Below are positions 38,422 through 48,788 of a stretch of DNA of 64,000 nucleotides, in pieces. Numbering within the stretch: position 1 is the stretch's first letter; every line of letters begins with the position of its first letter. Origin of the DNA: a virus; IMG/VR virus record IMGVR_UViG_3300010399_000006, positions 1 to 64,000 of that record. One strand, given 5' to 3'. The notes below the pieces were generated by a model. It did not search any database. It worked only from the letters and a program-made list of their open reading frames with translations, and was not told where the DNA came from. The position numbers and the translations under genes were made by a program.

Positions 38422-39342
38422 TTAGTAGAGACTGGCGATTGGTTGAGTGGTGGCGACGAATGCGGTCGGTAGAGGGCTGATGGCCGTGACGCCGATGGTG
38501 GCTGAAGCCTGAACGATACCGAAAGCCGTGCCGATCAGATGACAGTTGGGCCGGGCGCTGGCGCTGGAGTACTGGAATCCGATGAGGTACTTCGCAGGAC
38601 CGACAGCAGCGTACGGCGTCGCGAAGGGGATCGACTGATAGGCGTCAGTGCCGGAACCGGCGGTGGCGGCTGACACGGCGGCGGCGATTGCGACGCCCGC
38701 AGAGGTATAGAGCGCAACGGTGATGTTGCCGGTTACGTCCGAGCCGTTGAAGTGACGAACACCGGTCAGAGTCATGTTGCATGGAACGAAGATCTCTACG
38801 GTGTAGACGCTGGTCGTGGTGGGGGTCAGCTCAGAACCGTCAGCAGCGGCCGTAGCTGGAGCGCCACCGGTGTGGATCTGACCGCACGGGGTGGCCGAGA
38901 ATCCGCCAGCAGCAGCTACACCGCCAGTGGGAGTGATGGCACCACGGACGGTAGTAGCACCGGAGTCGAGAACGGTGATGTTGGTGTTGGCGTTGGCGTG
39001 ATCACGAAACAGCAGTGACGTGACCGGCTGGACGATGGACTCGGACGTACCGTTGAACACGATACCGTCGTCGGTCAGGATGATGCCGTCATCGGTGATC
39101 GTCAGGCCGTCGTCGGTGATGGTAACGCCACCATCAGTCACCGTGAGACCGCCAGCAGTGACAGTGAGGCCACCGGCAGTAACGGTGAGACCGCCCGATG
39201 CTACGCTCAGCCCAGACAGGAGAGCGAGAACGTCGGCGGTGAGGGTTTCGAGCGCAGCAACGCCAATTGCGGTGACCGCACCGGAGCCGGGCGGTCTCGT
39301 GATCGACGTACCCGCTTGGGGCGGAGACGGAATTGCAGACAT
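38422..39342 (-). CDS. minor structural protein with GGLTVT repeats
   Basis: Tandem GGLTVTA/DDGLTIT repeats; RBS GGAGG. Confidence 0.6.
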   Translation of the reverse strand: MSAIPSPPQAGTSITRPPGSGAVTAIGVAALETLTADVLALLSGLSVASGGLTVTAGGLTVTAGGLTVTDGGVTITDDGLTITDDGIILTDDGIVFNGTSESIVQPVTSLLFRDHANANTNITVLDSGATTVRGAITPTGGVAAAGGFSATPCGQIHTGGAPATAAADGSELTPTTTSVYTVEIFVPCNMTLTGVRHFNGSDVTGNITVALYTSAGVAIAAAVSAATAGSGTDAYQSIPFATPYAAVGPAKYLIGFQYSSASARPNCHLIGTAFGIVQASATIGVTAISPLPTAFVATTQPIASLY

Positions 39343-39413
39343 GAGTTTGGTCCTCCGTTAAATGGATAACGGTAGGATCAATACGTACCAGCGTAGTAAC
39401 TACTAACTACTAT

Positions 39414-40007
39414 CTATGCTGGTTGCTTGACCCTCACATCATCCACGTTGTACCGGTGTTCAGATACCGTCATCTCCGGAGGAAGGACCGAGACGCCTTT
39501 GTCGTCGAACGACGAGCCGATGCGTTTTGCGGAATCCGGAAGGATCGAGTCCATCTGCTGAAGTTTCGCCAGTTCCGAGAAGTAGCGTTCAGCGGGACGA
39601 ACCATTACCACTTCGTAAAGGTCTTTACCCTGGGCGTTGCGCCCCACGGGGAGACAGATACGATTATCAACTACTTGGTAGGCTTTGCGCAACTCTGGGC
39701 CGAGACTCCACTCTTCGGCCTTGCACTCTTCGAAGCCTTTTTCGAAGGTCAGCAGCATCCAGAGCTTGCGGGACTCGGTAGAGCCGTCGTCACAGTAGCG
39801 AGTGAAGTTGAACTCCAGGGTGGGGTCGGGGATGTAGACGATATCTCCGCGCCAGAACGACCCGAGGTAGTACGAGGAGCCGGTGAGGGACTTGCGGGTC
39901 TGGTCCAGAGGGATACCCAGTCGGGGGTGAAGTTTGGGGATGGTGCTGGTGATGGCGATGTCTCCGCCGTACAGGTAGCGGTTGGTGTCATTGATCTCGA
40001 TAGGCAT
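39414..40007 (-). CDS. hypothetical head-module protein
   Basis: RBS AGGAG; lies between scaffold and capsid genes. Confidence 0.6.
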   Translation of the reverse strand: MPIEINDTNRYLYGGDIAITSTIPKLHPRLGIPLDQTRKSLTGSSYYLGSFWRGDIVYIPDPTLEFNFTRYCDDGSTESRKLWMLLTFEKGFEECKAEEWSLGPELRKAYQVVDNRICLPVGRNAQGKDLYEVVMVRPAERYFSELAKLQQMDSILPDSAKRIGSSFDDKGVSVLPPEMTVSEHRYNVDDVRVKQPA

Positions 40008-40049
40008 GATTGAAGTTCTCCTGCTTTCCTGATCGGTAATGTTGGTATG

Positions 40050-40074
40050 TACTGATTACTGATTACTGATTACT
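40050..40074. repeat. tandem heptamer (TACTGAT)x3.5
   Basis: tactgattactgattactgattact in an intergenic spacer. Confidence 0.8.
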
Positions 40075-40078
40075 ATGT

Positions 40079-41119
40079 TTATGACTCGTCGGTCAGACCA
40101 GCAGTCTGATCAGCGTACGCGATATCGCGGAATTCCTCAAGGGTGTACGGTTTGAGACCGCGACGAGTGCGGTTGACGTTCCACGCATCCAAGTGCTCTT
40201 TGAGAGCGTTGTCCATGTGCTTGTTGCCGGTGGATGCGGGGCGCTTGGCAGTGGGGGTGGTAGTTACCGCTGGACGGCCATTACCGGCAGCGGGGGCAGC
40301 GGGGGTTACGCTGGTGGTGGCGGGGATGAGTTTGGCGGCGTTCTGCCGAAGCATATTACCGGCTAGTACCCAGTTCTCGGTGACGGTGGGGTCGGCACCG
40401 TTGTTCGCCATGACGGTAGCCAGCCACGGACGTACCGACAGGAAGGTGGGTTCGTCCATCTTCAGTAGTTCGCGCGCTTTGACTTGGGCAGTTTCGGCGC
40501 GGATCTGTAGGTTCTGGTTGGCGAGACCGGCCATCTGCTGCTGTAGCCCTTGGGTGACTTGCGCGACTTGCTGGTTGACCTGTTGGGTGACAAATTGGGG
40601 GATGGCGTTGAGAACCGTACCCGGAGTGGAGAAGAGCTGCTGAGGGTCTTCGATGCCCAGTTGGGTATACGGCTGGGCAGGAGTGGCCGGAGGAGCGCCA
40701 GTTGAGGCTCGGATGCGGTCCAGCTCGGCGAACATTACATCGTTGAGTCGCTTCTGTGCTTCGTACTGCGCGACGGCTTCGTTCTTCTGGAATCCTGCTT
40801 GGTGCTCACGAGCCAGAGCGCCTTTGAGAGTGCTCCACGCTTCCTTGCGGGGTTTGCCGCGTAGTGACGGTGGGAGATCGTCGTCGTCGGCGGGCTGGTC
40901 CCAAAAGTCCACCGGCTGAGCGGGAGTGGCCGGAGTGGTATTTACCGTAGCTCCGAGTTCAGTACCGGTATCCGTAGCCGATGTGGTATCTGCTGGCGCT
41001 GCCGGTGTCTGTGCCGGTTCAGTCGTTGTGGTTGTGGTGGGCGCTGGATCTGTCGGTGGGTTCTGTTCATAAAACGTATCCATCTCTGCTCGGGGGTCTG
41101 CTACCGGTGTGACTGTCAT
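40079..41119 (-). CDS. scaffolding protein
   Basis: Disordered acidic N-terminus, LPPSLRGK, coiled coil; follows portal. Confidence 0.7.
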   Translation of the reverse strand: MTVTPVADPRAEMDTFYEQNPPTDPAPTTTTTTEPAQTPAAPADTTSATDTGTELGATVNTTPATPAQPVDFWDQPADDDDLPPSLRGKPRKEAWSTLKGALAREHQAGFQKNEAVAQYEAQKRLNDVMFAELDRIRASTGAPPATPAQPYTQLGIEDPQQLFSTPGTVLNAIPQFVTQQVNQQVAQVTQGLQQQMAGLANQNLQIRAETAQVKARELLKMDEPTFLSVRPWLATVMANNGADPTVTENWVLAGNMLRQNAAKLIPATTSVTPAAPAAGNGRPAVTTTPTAKRPASTGNKHMDNALKEHLDAWNVNRTRRGLKPYTLEEFRDIAYADQTAGLTDES

Positions 41120-41153
41120 TGTTTCAGTCCTCTCTTTCTCTTACTGCTATCAC

Positions 41154-41438
41154 TTACTGCTCTTCTACTTCTTCTGGTTGCTCTGTATCCGAAAGAATCG
41201 TCTGCGGTACGGCGAGCGCGAACTCCAATCCCTTGATGAACCCCTGCATCTCCCGCCAGTCTCCGTCGTCTTTACCTCTCCTCCGGCTACGCTGGTAGAT
41301 TTCCGACCGCAGGAGCCGCACCCATTCCTTGACCACTTGGGAGCGGCTGAAGGTTGTCCAGTCCCGAGGATTGATCGACACCGGCAGGAACAGATCCGTT
41401 GCCTCCGGCATTTGGAACAGGTCCAGATTGAGACTCAT
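41154..41438 (-). CDS. small protein overlapping the portal 3' end
   Basis: RBS GGAGG; QGFIKGLE pattern. Confidence 0.6.
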   Translation of the reverse strand: MSLNLDLFQMPEATDLFLPVSINPRDWTTFSRSQVVKEWVRLLRSEIYQRSRRRGKDDGDWREMQGFIKGLEFALAVPQTILSDTEQPEEVEEQ

Positions 41439-43653
41439 TAGTACCTCCCATTGGGGATGAGGATGTAGATGTGGGTGTGGTGGTAGGCGTTATGTTGATA
41501 CCGGCCATCTGAGCGATAGCCATGACGAACTCCGGTGGTAGCTGACCAGACAGAGAGATCTTTACATCGGGTACTTTCGGCGTTTCTGATGGCGGCGGAG
41601 CGCTGGCCATCTTCTTTTGTAGTGATTCGATATTCTCTCGGATCATCTCCGGCTTCATGGCGTACTGAGATACGTCGTGGCGGCGGGCGTTCTTGAACAT
41701 GGACGCCAGCATGAGTTCGCGGCGAGTGATCCAGAAGATGCCCATCTCCTGGAACTCTGACGGGACACCGGGGAGCATGATCTGGCCGGTAACAGCCATG
41801 GCGAACTGGTTGGCTCCGTCGATCTCCTTACCGAGTACCAGATCTTGCTGGAACATGGCTTCTGGCGTCTGGTCGGAGGTGGTCGCTTTGAGTACGAATC
41901 GGAGCTGATCGGTGATTGCTTCTCGCGGAAGGTGGATGGTACGGCTGATCACCGCATCGGTCTTGTCGTCGAACGACGGTATGGTCTGCTCCGGTGCATA
42001 CTGAGCTAGTGACTGTACGTACATCAGGGCGAGGTCACCGATTCTGGTTGCCAGTCCGGCATAGATCTGCTTGGGTTGCAGTTTGGAGAGATCTTGCTGT
42101 TGGGCAAACGCACCAGATGTAACACGGGACAGGTCGGCGGTGGCGTTGTCGTACTGAGTGGAGAGGCCCATCTCAGTGGCGCCGTTTTTGAGGAACGTGA
42201 TCTCGCTGGCGATGGATTCGATAGGCGTACCGAGTGGAGTTAGCTTCACGTCCTCCATCTCATCAACAGGTACGACCATGCCCGGACGGATGTTCGATCT
42301 ACGGGAGAGGAATGTAGCGGTAGATGTACCCTTCCGCACCATGATCACGGAGACGTTGCGCATCACCATGTTCTGGACTTGCAGGTGAAAGAGGTTCGAG
42401 GCGTAGCGTTGGAACGGTGCTACGTCTTCGACTGTACAGGTACCGGAGTAGCTGTTCGGTCGCTGGCGCATGAACCAGTCGATGTACGGGCGCTTACCGT
42501 TCCACGAATCGAGCAGCCAGCAGGAGAGCAGGGTTTCGGTTTTGACGTGGAAGTCACCGACCAGTTCCATCCACGTAATGGTGGTTGGGTCGTCTTCGGT
42601 GAGGATGGGCCAGCGGAAGTTGACTTCTACCACTGGGTGGGTTTTGGCGGGGTCTAGTTCCCGGCGCTTATCGACACGCTCGGTGACTCGTTTCTTGCGT
42701 TTGGTGGAATCGGTAGTGGTGTCCTCTGCTGAGTAGAGAACTCGTTCGATATCCTCGTCGGACGGTCCTACTGATTTGCCATCGCCGTCAACCTCGTCGG
42801 GATCGGTGCAGAAGTCCCACTCACCGGAGGAGATCTTCATCCGTACGGTGGAGGTATCCGGTTCCATTCGCATGCCGATCCACGGGGACTTCTGGATGTC
42901 GGTGTGGCCGAATGGAACTAGGAAGTCGTCACCGGGGACATTGATGATCTGAACGGATTCGCCATCGACGATGGTGCGGTACTCCGGGGCGTTGATGATC
43001 TGAATGGGCTGACCATTGGGGGTCTCTTTGACTGTACCGGTCTCGTCGGCGGACAGGAACGGGAGCATCCGGTTGGCGATGCGGATGCGCTGTTCGTCGT
43101 GGATGATTTTGAGTACGGCGGGGAACGTACCGTCTTGGAGTCCTTCCATCGCCCAATCGGATAGGACTTTGCGGATTGGCAGACGGTGGGACCACTTGAA
43201 ATGGAGGAGGGATTCGATGGCATCGGCTTCTTCAGAATAGGTTACGGTTACGTCTTCAACGATGCCGGTGTCGGGGTTGGGAGTGGTGATGTGGAAGACG
43301 CCATCGCCCAATGGGAGTACCGATACGGTGGGCTCGGCGGAGAACACCCGATCCATCAGCCATGCGTGCTGCTGGTTGGCTTGCTGGCGGGAGAACGGCA
43401 AGGTGATCGTCTCGCCCTTGCCGGCGATACCTTCGTAGGCTTCTATGTTCTTGGAGCGTTTGGTGAGGGCGTTCTCGCGGTCGTCGGAGCACTTTTTGAT
43501 TTGACGCGAGAGGTAGGTTTGGACACGGGATTTTTCGTCGTCGATGAAGACGATCTTTTGGTGGAGGTTGTACTTGTCGGCGACGATACGTGCGTTCGGT
43601 TTGCCCGAGTCTACGAGAGAGGCTGTGGGGTCGAGAGAGGAGAGATCTAGCAT
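41287..43653 (-). CDS. portal protein (podoviral type)
   Basis: 788 aa after terminase; GTFPAVLKII, NIRPGMVVPV; low-complexity C-terminus. Confidence 0.8.
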   Translation of the reverse strand: MLDLSSLDPTASLVDSGKPNARIVADKYNLHQKIVFIDDEKSRVQTYLSRQIKKCSDDRENALTKRSKNIEAYEGIAGKGETITLPFSRQQANQQHAWLMDRVFSAEPTVSVLPLGDGVFHITTPNPDTGIVEDVTVTYSEEADAIESLLHFKWSHRLPIRKVLSDWAMEGLQDGTFPAVLKIIHDEQRIRIANRMLPFLSADETGTVKETPNGQPIQIINAPEYRTIVDGESVQIINVPGDDFLVPFGHTDIQKSPWIGMRMEPDTSTVRMKISSGEWDFCTDPDEVDGDGKSVGPSDEDIERVLYSAEDTTTDSTKRKKRVTERVDKRRELDPAKTHPVVEVNFRWPILTEDDPTTITWMELVGDFHVKTETLLSCWLLDSWNGKRPYIDWFMRQRPNSYSGTCTVEDVAPFQRYASNLFHLQVQNMVMRNVSVIMVRKGTSTATFLSRRSNIRPGMVVPVDEMEDVKLTPLGTPIESIASEITFLKNGATEMGLSTQYDNATADLSRVTSGAFAQQQDLSKLQPKQIYAGLATRIGDLALMYVQSLAQYAPEQTIPSFDDKTDAVISRTIHLPREAITDQLRFVLKATTSDQTPEAMFQQDLVLGKEIDGANQFAMAVTGQIMLPGVPSEFQEMGIFWITRRELMLASMFKNARRHDVSQYAMKPEMIRENIESLQKKMASAPPPSETPKVPDVKISLSGQLPPEFVMAIAQMAGINITPTTTPTSTSSSPMGGTNESQSGPVPNAGGNGSVPAGVDQSSGLDNLQPLPSGQGMGAAPAVGNLPA

Positions 43654-43812
43654 CTATTTACGTTCCGATCTGCTGGAGCTGTTGGGCTTGAACCCGGCTT
43701 CGTTCCGATTCACGACCAGCACACGTCCATCCGGAGTAAAGATCTTCACACTGGTGCGCTCTTTCGATTCGACCGTTACTGTCTTCTGCCACACTGCCGG
43801 ATCATCACTCAC
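43654..43812 (-). CDS. small hypothetical protein (52 aa)
   Basis: Manual translation MSDDPAVWQKTVTVESKERTSVKIFTPDGRVLVVNRNEAGF...; coupled on both sides. Confidence 0.45.
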   Translation of the reverse strand: MSDDPAVWQKTVTVESKERTSVKIFTPDGRVLVVNRNEAGFKPNSSSRSERK

Positions 43813-44174
43813 CGTTCAACCTCTCGATCTGCCGCGTGGTGGAAAGCGTCCGCCCCGTCCACTGGAGGATCTTCCATTACCCGTTGCGCCGCATCACGCG
43901 GCAGATCCAAAAGTCGAGTGTGAATTGCCACGAAATGTCTCGTTGCCGAGCAGGAGTGAGTATCCCAATACGGATTCGTCGGATCGGCCCACGGCACATC
44001 AAACGTGTCAGCGTAGTTGCCAGCAAACACCTGTGGGCACGCGGTACATTGAAGAAAGCCGAGGGCGTTTCGTTCAGTTACACGTACTTCTTCACCATCG
44101 CCCAATAACATCGTTATTCCGGCTTGGACTTCGGGCTTGCAGACCCCACCAACTACACGGTTGGTCAGTTCCAT
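43809..44174 (-). CDS. hypothetical protein
   Basis: RBS GGAG; CTAC...HSC. Confidence 0.5.
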   Translation of the reverse strand: MELTNRVVGGVCKPEVQAGITMLLGDGEEVRVTERNALGFLQCTACPQVFAGNYADTFDVPWADPTNPYWDTHSCSATRHFVAIHTRLLDLPRDAAQRVMEDPPVDGADAFHHAADREVER

Positions 44175-46099
44175 GTGAACTCCATAGGATCGAACGACAC
44201 GTCGATCATCGTTGCCGGATCGCAATCCCGTGTCACCTGGGCGAGCTGATCTCGGGCGTACGATTCAGTAGTACCAGCTACGTCTTCGCCGGTTGGCTGG
44301 CCGAAGAGAGTGACCATCATGGCGATAGCATCCAGAATGTCGTCTTCTGGATCTTCGGACGCGGAGTTGTAGCCGAGCATTTCAGTATCTCTGTCGTGAT
44401 CCTCGGGATCTAGCAACAGCGTCATCTGAAGCAGACCGGCGAGAACGCCGTTGTAAATGCGCATCGTCTTCTGGATTCCACTGGGGGACAGCTTGACGAT
44501 TCGCCGGGCCAGAAACGAGAACTCTTCGGCGCGTTGCATCCACACCGCAGTGGTTTGCTGAGCGGCATTCGACTCGATACCCACTTTTCGCGGCGGGTTA
44601 GATCTACCGCCCCACTGGTTGAATACCATAGGTATGGCGTTAAGCAGATCAGCGTAACCTCTACCGCGACCAGCACGGCCTTTGAGGGCGTAGATATATC
44701 CTTGCGGATCTTGGCACCCAGCAGCTACCGCCCACTTGTCGCCCTTACCGCTGACTGCTTGGTCTACAGCTAGAACTCTAGGTAGGGTAAGTGGGTCGTA
44801 CTCGACGTACGCGTGCTTGTTGCCGCGACTGCATCCCATCCAGCAGCGACACTCATCAGTGGATGGTTCCAGTTGGGGATTGGTTTTGGGGATCTTCTGC
44901 CCTTTGGCGTCAACGGTCCATAGATACCGGCGTATGAATCGCCTGTGTTCCTCTTTGCCGGTACGCTGACTGATGGACTTTTTAACTACCCATGTGAAGT
45001 ACGACCTGCGGAGCAGTTCGGTGGAGAACTCCATCGATCCGGCTTCGTGGGCAGTCATGCAGAAGTTCTGCATCCACGAGATAGCGCCGTGTTTGGGGTT
45101 CGAGAGGGTTTCCTTCCGCATCTCTCGAATGGCATCGAGACTGTTGAGTTCTGGCAGTACTGGTATGCCATCGTCGAGAAGGTTGGATAGGTTCCACGCT
45201 GCCCCGGCGTGGTGGCGCCATATCGGAATGACCAGAGAGATGTATCCGGCGTCCGGAGCACTCAGTGTGGCGTGGTCGTCCTTGGCGCCTTGAATGGTGC
45301 CGTTGAATACGTACCGCGCTCCGCCCCAACGCTCCGCCATCGAGATGCCGCGAAGGGATGCGATGAAGCGGTTCGCGTCGTCAACCGTGGCGTCACCCTG
45401 TTTGGCTTCGGTGGAGGAGAGATCGTCCCCGTAGATCAGATGGTAGTGCTTGGAGTACCACTGGGAGTTGACGCCGCGCGCCTCGATCGTTTCCTGCTCC
45501 GGTACGGTGCGGCCGTACATACGAATCCACTTTTTGGTGATCTGTGCTTCGGGATTGACTGGGAAGAGTCGATCTGGGTAGTACGTACGGTACTCATCGG
45601 TGCGCATCATGTTGCCGATCGCCTCGCACATTGCCCATGCGGCATCGTCGGACTTGGAGACGATGGCGATGTTCCTGTTGGGATCAACGCTGCCGGTCCA
45701 GAGAACTACGTCGCGTCCGATGGTGGTTTTGCCGGACGCACGGGCGATGCGGTCGTTTACTTTTTCCAAAATCTTTGCTAGCTGGCGGATACCGGTACGG
45801 GTGTTCCAATCGACCGGTGGTGACTGGGATCGGAGGAAGCGACGGATTTGGGTGACTACTTCTGAATCGTAGGTGTTGAGGCACGCTGCGAGTCGTACGG
45901 CGTCCCCGGCGAGTAGATACGCGAGTGGTCGGTGGAACCGTTCGATGTCCTCCGCCCCGTGCTTACACACCCACTTGATGAACAACCACACATCGGCGTC
46001 CATCGCTCGGCGGCGTTCGCCGATCTGTTCGGATGTGAGTATTACCCGATCTTCGATCTCCCGAATTTCGGCTGTAGCAGTGGCGGTAGCGGGACTCAC
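44165..46099 (-). CDS. terL: terminase large subunit
   Basis: ARASGKTT Walker A, IYGDDL Walker B, NGT coupling motif; RNase H-like LAVDQA, IESN, DDILDA. Confidence 0.88.
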   Translation of the reverse strand: MSPATATATAEIREIEDRVILTSEQIGERRRAMDADVWLFIKWVCKHGAEDIERFHRPLAYLLAGDAVRLAACLNTYDSEVVTQIRRFLRSQSPPVDWNTRTGIRQLAKILEKVNDRIARASGKTTIGRDVVLWTGSVDPNRNIAIVSKSDDAAWAMCEAIGNMMRTDEYRTYYPDRLFPVNPEAQITKKWIRMYGRTVPEQETIEARGVNSQWYSKHYHLIYGDDLSSTEAKQGDATVDDANRFIASLRGISMAERWGGARYVFNGTIQGAKDDHATLSAPDAGYISLVIPIWRHHAGAAWNLSNLLDDGIPVLPELNSLDAIREMRKETLSNPKHGAISWMQNFCMTAHEAGSMEFSTELLRRSYFTWVVKKSISQRTGKEEHRRFIRRYLWTVDAKGQKIPKTNPQLEPSTDECRCWMGCSRGNKHAYVEYDPLTLPRVLAVDQAVSGKGDKWAVAAGCQDPQGYIYALKGRAGRGRGYADLLNAIPMVFNQWGGRSNPPRKVGIESNAAQQTTAVWMQRAEEFSFLARRIVKLSPSGIQKTMRIYNGVLAGLLQMTLLLDPEDHDRDTEMLGYNSASEDPEDDILDAIAMMVTLFGQPTGEDVAGTTESYARDQLAQVTRDCDPATMIDVSFDPMEFTWN

Positions 46100-46674
46100 G
46101 AAGCAACTCCCTCCGCTACGTCCCCAACCACCTCAGCGTCGATGGCATCAGCAGCGACTACTCCAGCGGGCAATCTACCGAGCAGGCGTTGGGACTTGAT
46201 CATGTCGATCTCCTGCTCCTGAGCTGCTAGTTCCCGTACTGTTTTGGGATTGAACACGGCGTGCATGATCCCGCCAGAGTGCTTGATATCGAGACTCCCC
46301 TTGGGCTTACCTTCGATGTACTCAATCACTCTCCACGCCGAATCGATATCTCCGTCTTTGATCGCTGCGACGATCTGGCTCCACGCCTCGCCGAGCTGTT
46401 CTTCCATCTTCGCCCGTAGGCTCTTGGCGGTGACTTCGATGGTAGATACCTGCTTTTCGCGCTTGGCCAGTAGTGCCCAATCGAGCAGTCGTTGGTACTC
46501 GGATTTGTGTTGGGGGTCATTGAGGTGCTTGTAGAGCATCCGGACGGAGACGCCGGTTGGCTTGTTGCTGGTGGAGATGCGGGCGGCGATCTCTCCTTCG
46601 TTATGTCCGAATGCGCGCAAGACGATCATCTGCACACAGAAGAGGCACGCGGTATCTGGAACTCGGGCGGTCAT
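46096..46674 (-). CDS. putative terminase small subunit
   Basis: HTH-like N-terminus, helical core, EGKPK motif; GTGA-coupled to terL. Confidence 0.65.
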   Translation of the reverse strand: MTARVPDTACLFCVQMIVLRAFGHNEGEIAARISTSNKPTGVSVRMLYKHLNDPQHKSEYQRLLDWALLAKREKQVSTIEVTAKSLRAKMEEQLGEAWSQIVAAIKDGDIDSAWRVIEYIEGKPKGSLDIKHSGGIMHAVFNPKTVRELAAQEQEIDMIKSQRLLGRLPAGVVAADAIDAEVVGDVAEGVAS

Positions 46675-46870
46675 AACGTGATCACGCTGGTGGGGGTAGA
46701 GGTAGGTGTGGAGGTGTCGGAACCGCCCGTTGGAAGGGCCGGTATGAGGGCGATTGAGGTGGTTGGAACGGACGGTTCTGACACTACCGATCAGAGTGAG
46801 GTTGGTATAGACCGGCTGTCAATATCGATGCGTCCCCAGACAGAGTGGCGGTAAGTGGTTGGTAAAGTAG

Positions 46871-46899
46871 TTGACTAGTTGGTGGTGTGGATCTAAGAT
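46871..46899 (+). promoter_or_regulatory. sigma70-type promoter
   Basis: TTGACT-17-TAAGAT, divergent from the terminase genes. Confidence 0.6.
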
Positions 46900-47062
46900 G
46901 CGTTTCCAACGTGGCGGCCAGAATTCGCAAAAGATGCTCGAATTGCAGGTTGAGGGCGTCAAGGAAACGTGATTTGTGCCCAAGATGCTATTCGAAGGCA
47001 CGTCGGAACGGACTTCTGCCAGTACTGCCGAGCAAGATACCGCCGAGATCGAGGAGGAACGA

Positions 47063-47491
47063 GTGACTAAGCAAATAACTAAATCGGAAATGGCAACTGA
47101 AGAGGAAAAGATCGCCGAAGCACAGCGGAGGTACCGGTTGTGTGCTGGACGGATTCTGGTGGCGCGGGATCAGGTACCGGTTGCGGCGGATGGAGAGTAT
47201 GTGGCATCCAAGGTGGTCACTGCTGGTGGGCAAGAGGTAGCAATTCTGGGTACTCAGGAGCGCGGCCAGATCAATCAGGCGTTCGAGCCCTGGGGGCAAG
47301 TGCTGCTGATTGGGAATAGATACAAACCGGGTGACTACCGGCCGGACGTGAAGATCGGCCAGCGGGTGTTCTTCTCACCAACTGGAGCGAGGGATCTGGA
47401 GCTGGTGGTGGGTGAGGAGAAGATGACGGTGACGATGATTCCATTCGAAGCAGTAGTGATGGTAGATACCGGAGAGAAGGTAGACGCGTGA
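47063..47491 (+). CDS. GroES/Cpn10-like co-chaperonin
   Basis: GRILV..., GQVLLIG, DVKIGQRVFF, terminal MIPFEAVVMV strand; RBS GAGGAGG before GTG 47063. Confidence 0.7.
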   Translation: MTKQITKSEMATEEEKIAEAQRRYRLCAGRILVARDQVPVAADGEYVASKVVTAGGQEVAILGTQERGQINQAFEPWGQVLLIGNRYKPGDYRPDVKIGQRVFFSPTGARDLELVVGEEKMTVTMIPFEAVVMVDTGEKVDA

Positions 47492-48078
47492 ACGACGAGC
47501 AGAAAGCATACGCGGCGACTCCATCGGCTGATCTCGAACGGCAGATCATGGACTCCAGTGTACCGAAGAACGAACGCGAACGCTGGGCTTCGCATGAGAT
47601 CCACAGACTGAGAGACATCATCGATGGTGGATGTCCGATGCATCCAGTTGGTGGGATTGGACGGGCGAAGAAGAAGTTCCTATCGGTGTGTGCGGAGTGG
47701 GCAGATGCGCTGATCGGAGATGCCGTTAGGACGAAGGAGTATGGCTACACGATCAAGTTCAAGCCCGAAGATGTGATCCCCAAAGTGGTCTACGGTGAGC
47801 CGGAAGCGGAAGCGTCGATGGCTACCGAACTTCTCGCCATCATCCGAGAAATGAATGGGACTCTATCTAATTCGACTCTACCGGCGGAGATCAGGGTTGG
47901 AATGGTACGTACTCTAGTCAACCAGACTGTGGAGAGATACCGTAGTGACGTAATCATGAAGGGCATTCGTATCGACGAACTACCGGACGTTCAGCGGAAG
48001 GTGTGGTTGGCTGGATGGCAGTTGATGGTTGATGCGTGGGACGCCACACCGACTTCAGCACCGGAGATCTCACCTTGA
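47488..48078 (+). CDS. hypothetical protein
   Basis: GTGA-coupled ORF. Confidence 0.55.
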   Translation: MNDEQKAYAATPSADLERQIMDSSVPKNERERWASHEIHRLRDIIDGGCPMHPVGGIGRAKKKFLSVCAEWADALIGDAVRTKEYGYTIKFKPEDVIPKVVYGEPEAEASMATELLAIIREMNGTLSNSTLPAEIRVGMVRTLVNQTVERYRSDVIMKGIRIDELPDVQRKVWLAGWQLMVDAWDATPTSAPEISP

Positions 48079-48220
48079 AGGCCAGATTCAAACCGAAACA
48101 CCCATTCTCGAAACGTGAGCTACTGCGAAAACTCCAGAGGTTCCTGTGGGTCGTGTTCGGGTGGATAGCACCAGAGATCACAACCAGAATGTGCGAGAGA
48201 CTAGGAAAAGTGAGGGTTGA

Positions 48221-48553
48221 ATGAAAACCTGTGCGCGATGTGAAATCGAAAAACTGACGTTCGCCGTCAAGGCTCAGTACCGAATCCTCTTCGAGCTGAT
48301 ACCGCTCGTTGGGCTGAGTTCTACCGAGCGCCGTATCGAGCCAGCGCGGGATCGGGCGATGAAAGAGCTGAACGGGATTGTGGAGAACTGGAGGACTCAT
48401 GTCTGTACGCACCAACCAGCGATCAAGCCGGAAACAGTCAGACCGGAAGAAGTCAAGCCGGAACCAAAAGCGGAAGCAGAAGAGCCAGCCGAAGAATCGA
48501 CCGAAGAGCCGATCATCGAATCGTCAGCCCCCAAAACCAAAAAGAAGAAGTAG
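48221..48553 (+). CDS. hypothetical protein
   Basis: CARC; acidic/basic tail. Confidence 0.55.
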   Translation: MKTCARCEIEKLTFAVKAQYRILFELIPLVGLSSTERRIEPARDRAMKELNGIVENWRTHVCTHQPAIKPETVRPEEVKPEPKAEAEEPAEESTEEPIIESSAPKTKKKK

Positions 48554-48788
48554 ACCCTCGGTATCTACCACTAGTACTGATCTGCCGGATGCGGTACGAT
48601 TGGACGTTGTGGTAGGTACTCTCTCCACGCAGATCCCAACGGAGTGGTTGGGAGACGGGAAGAAGATGGCTGAGGTGAAGGCGAAGATGCTGGGTAAGGT
48701 TGGTGGGGAGATAGATCGGGTGATTGGTGGGGCGGTGGAGAAGTGGATGGAGCTAACTCGATGACTCTAGATATCGGAGGATCGTCTG

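Noticed and set aside
43544-44413. 289-aa plus-strand ORF in the terminase-portal region
   Set aside because: Arg/Ser/Pro-rich antisense shadow of the - strand late genes
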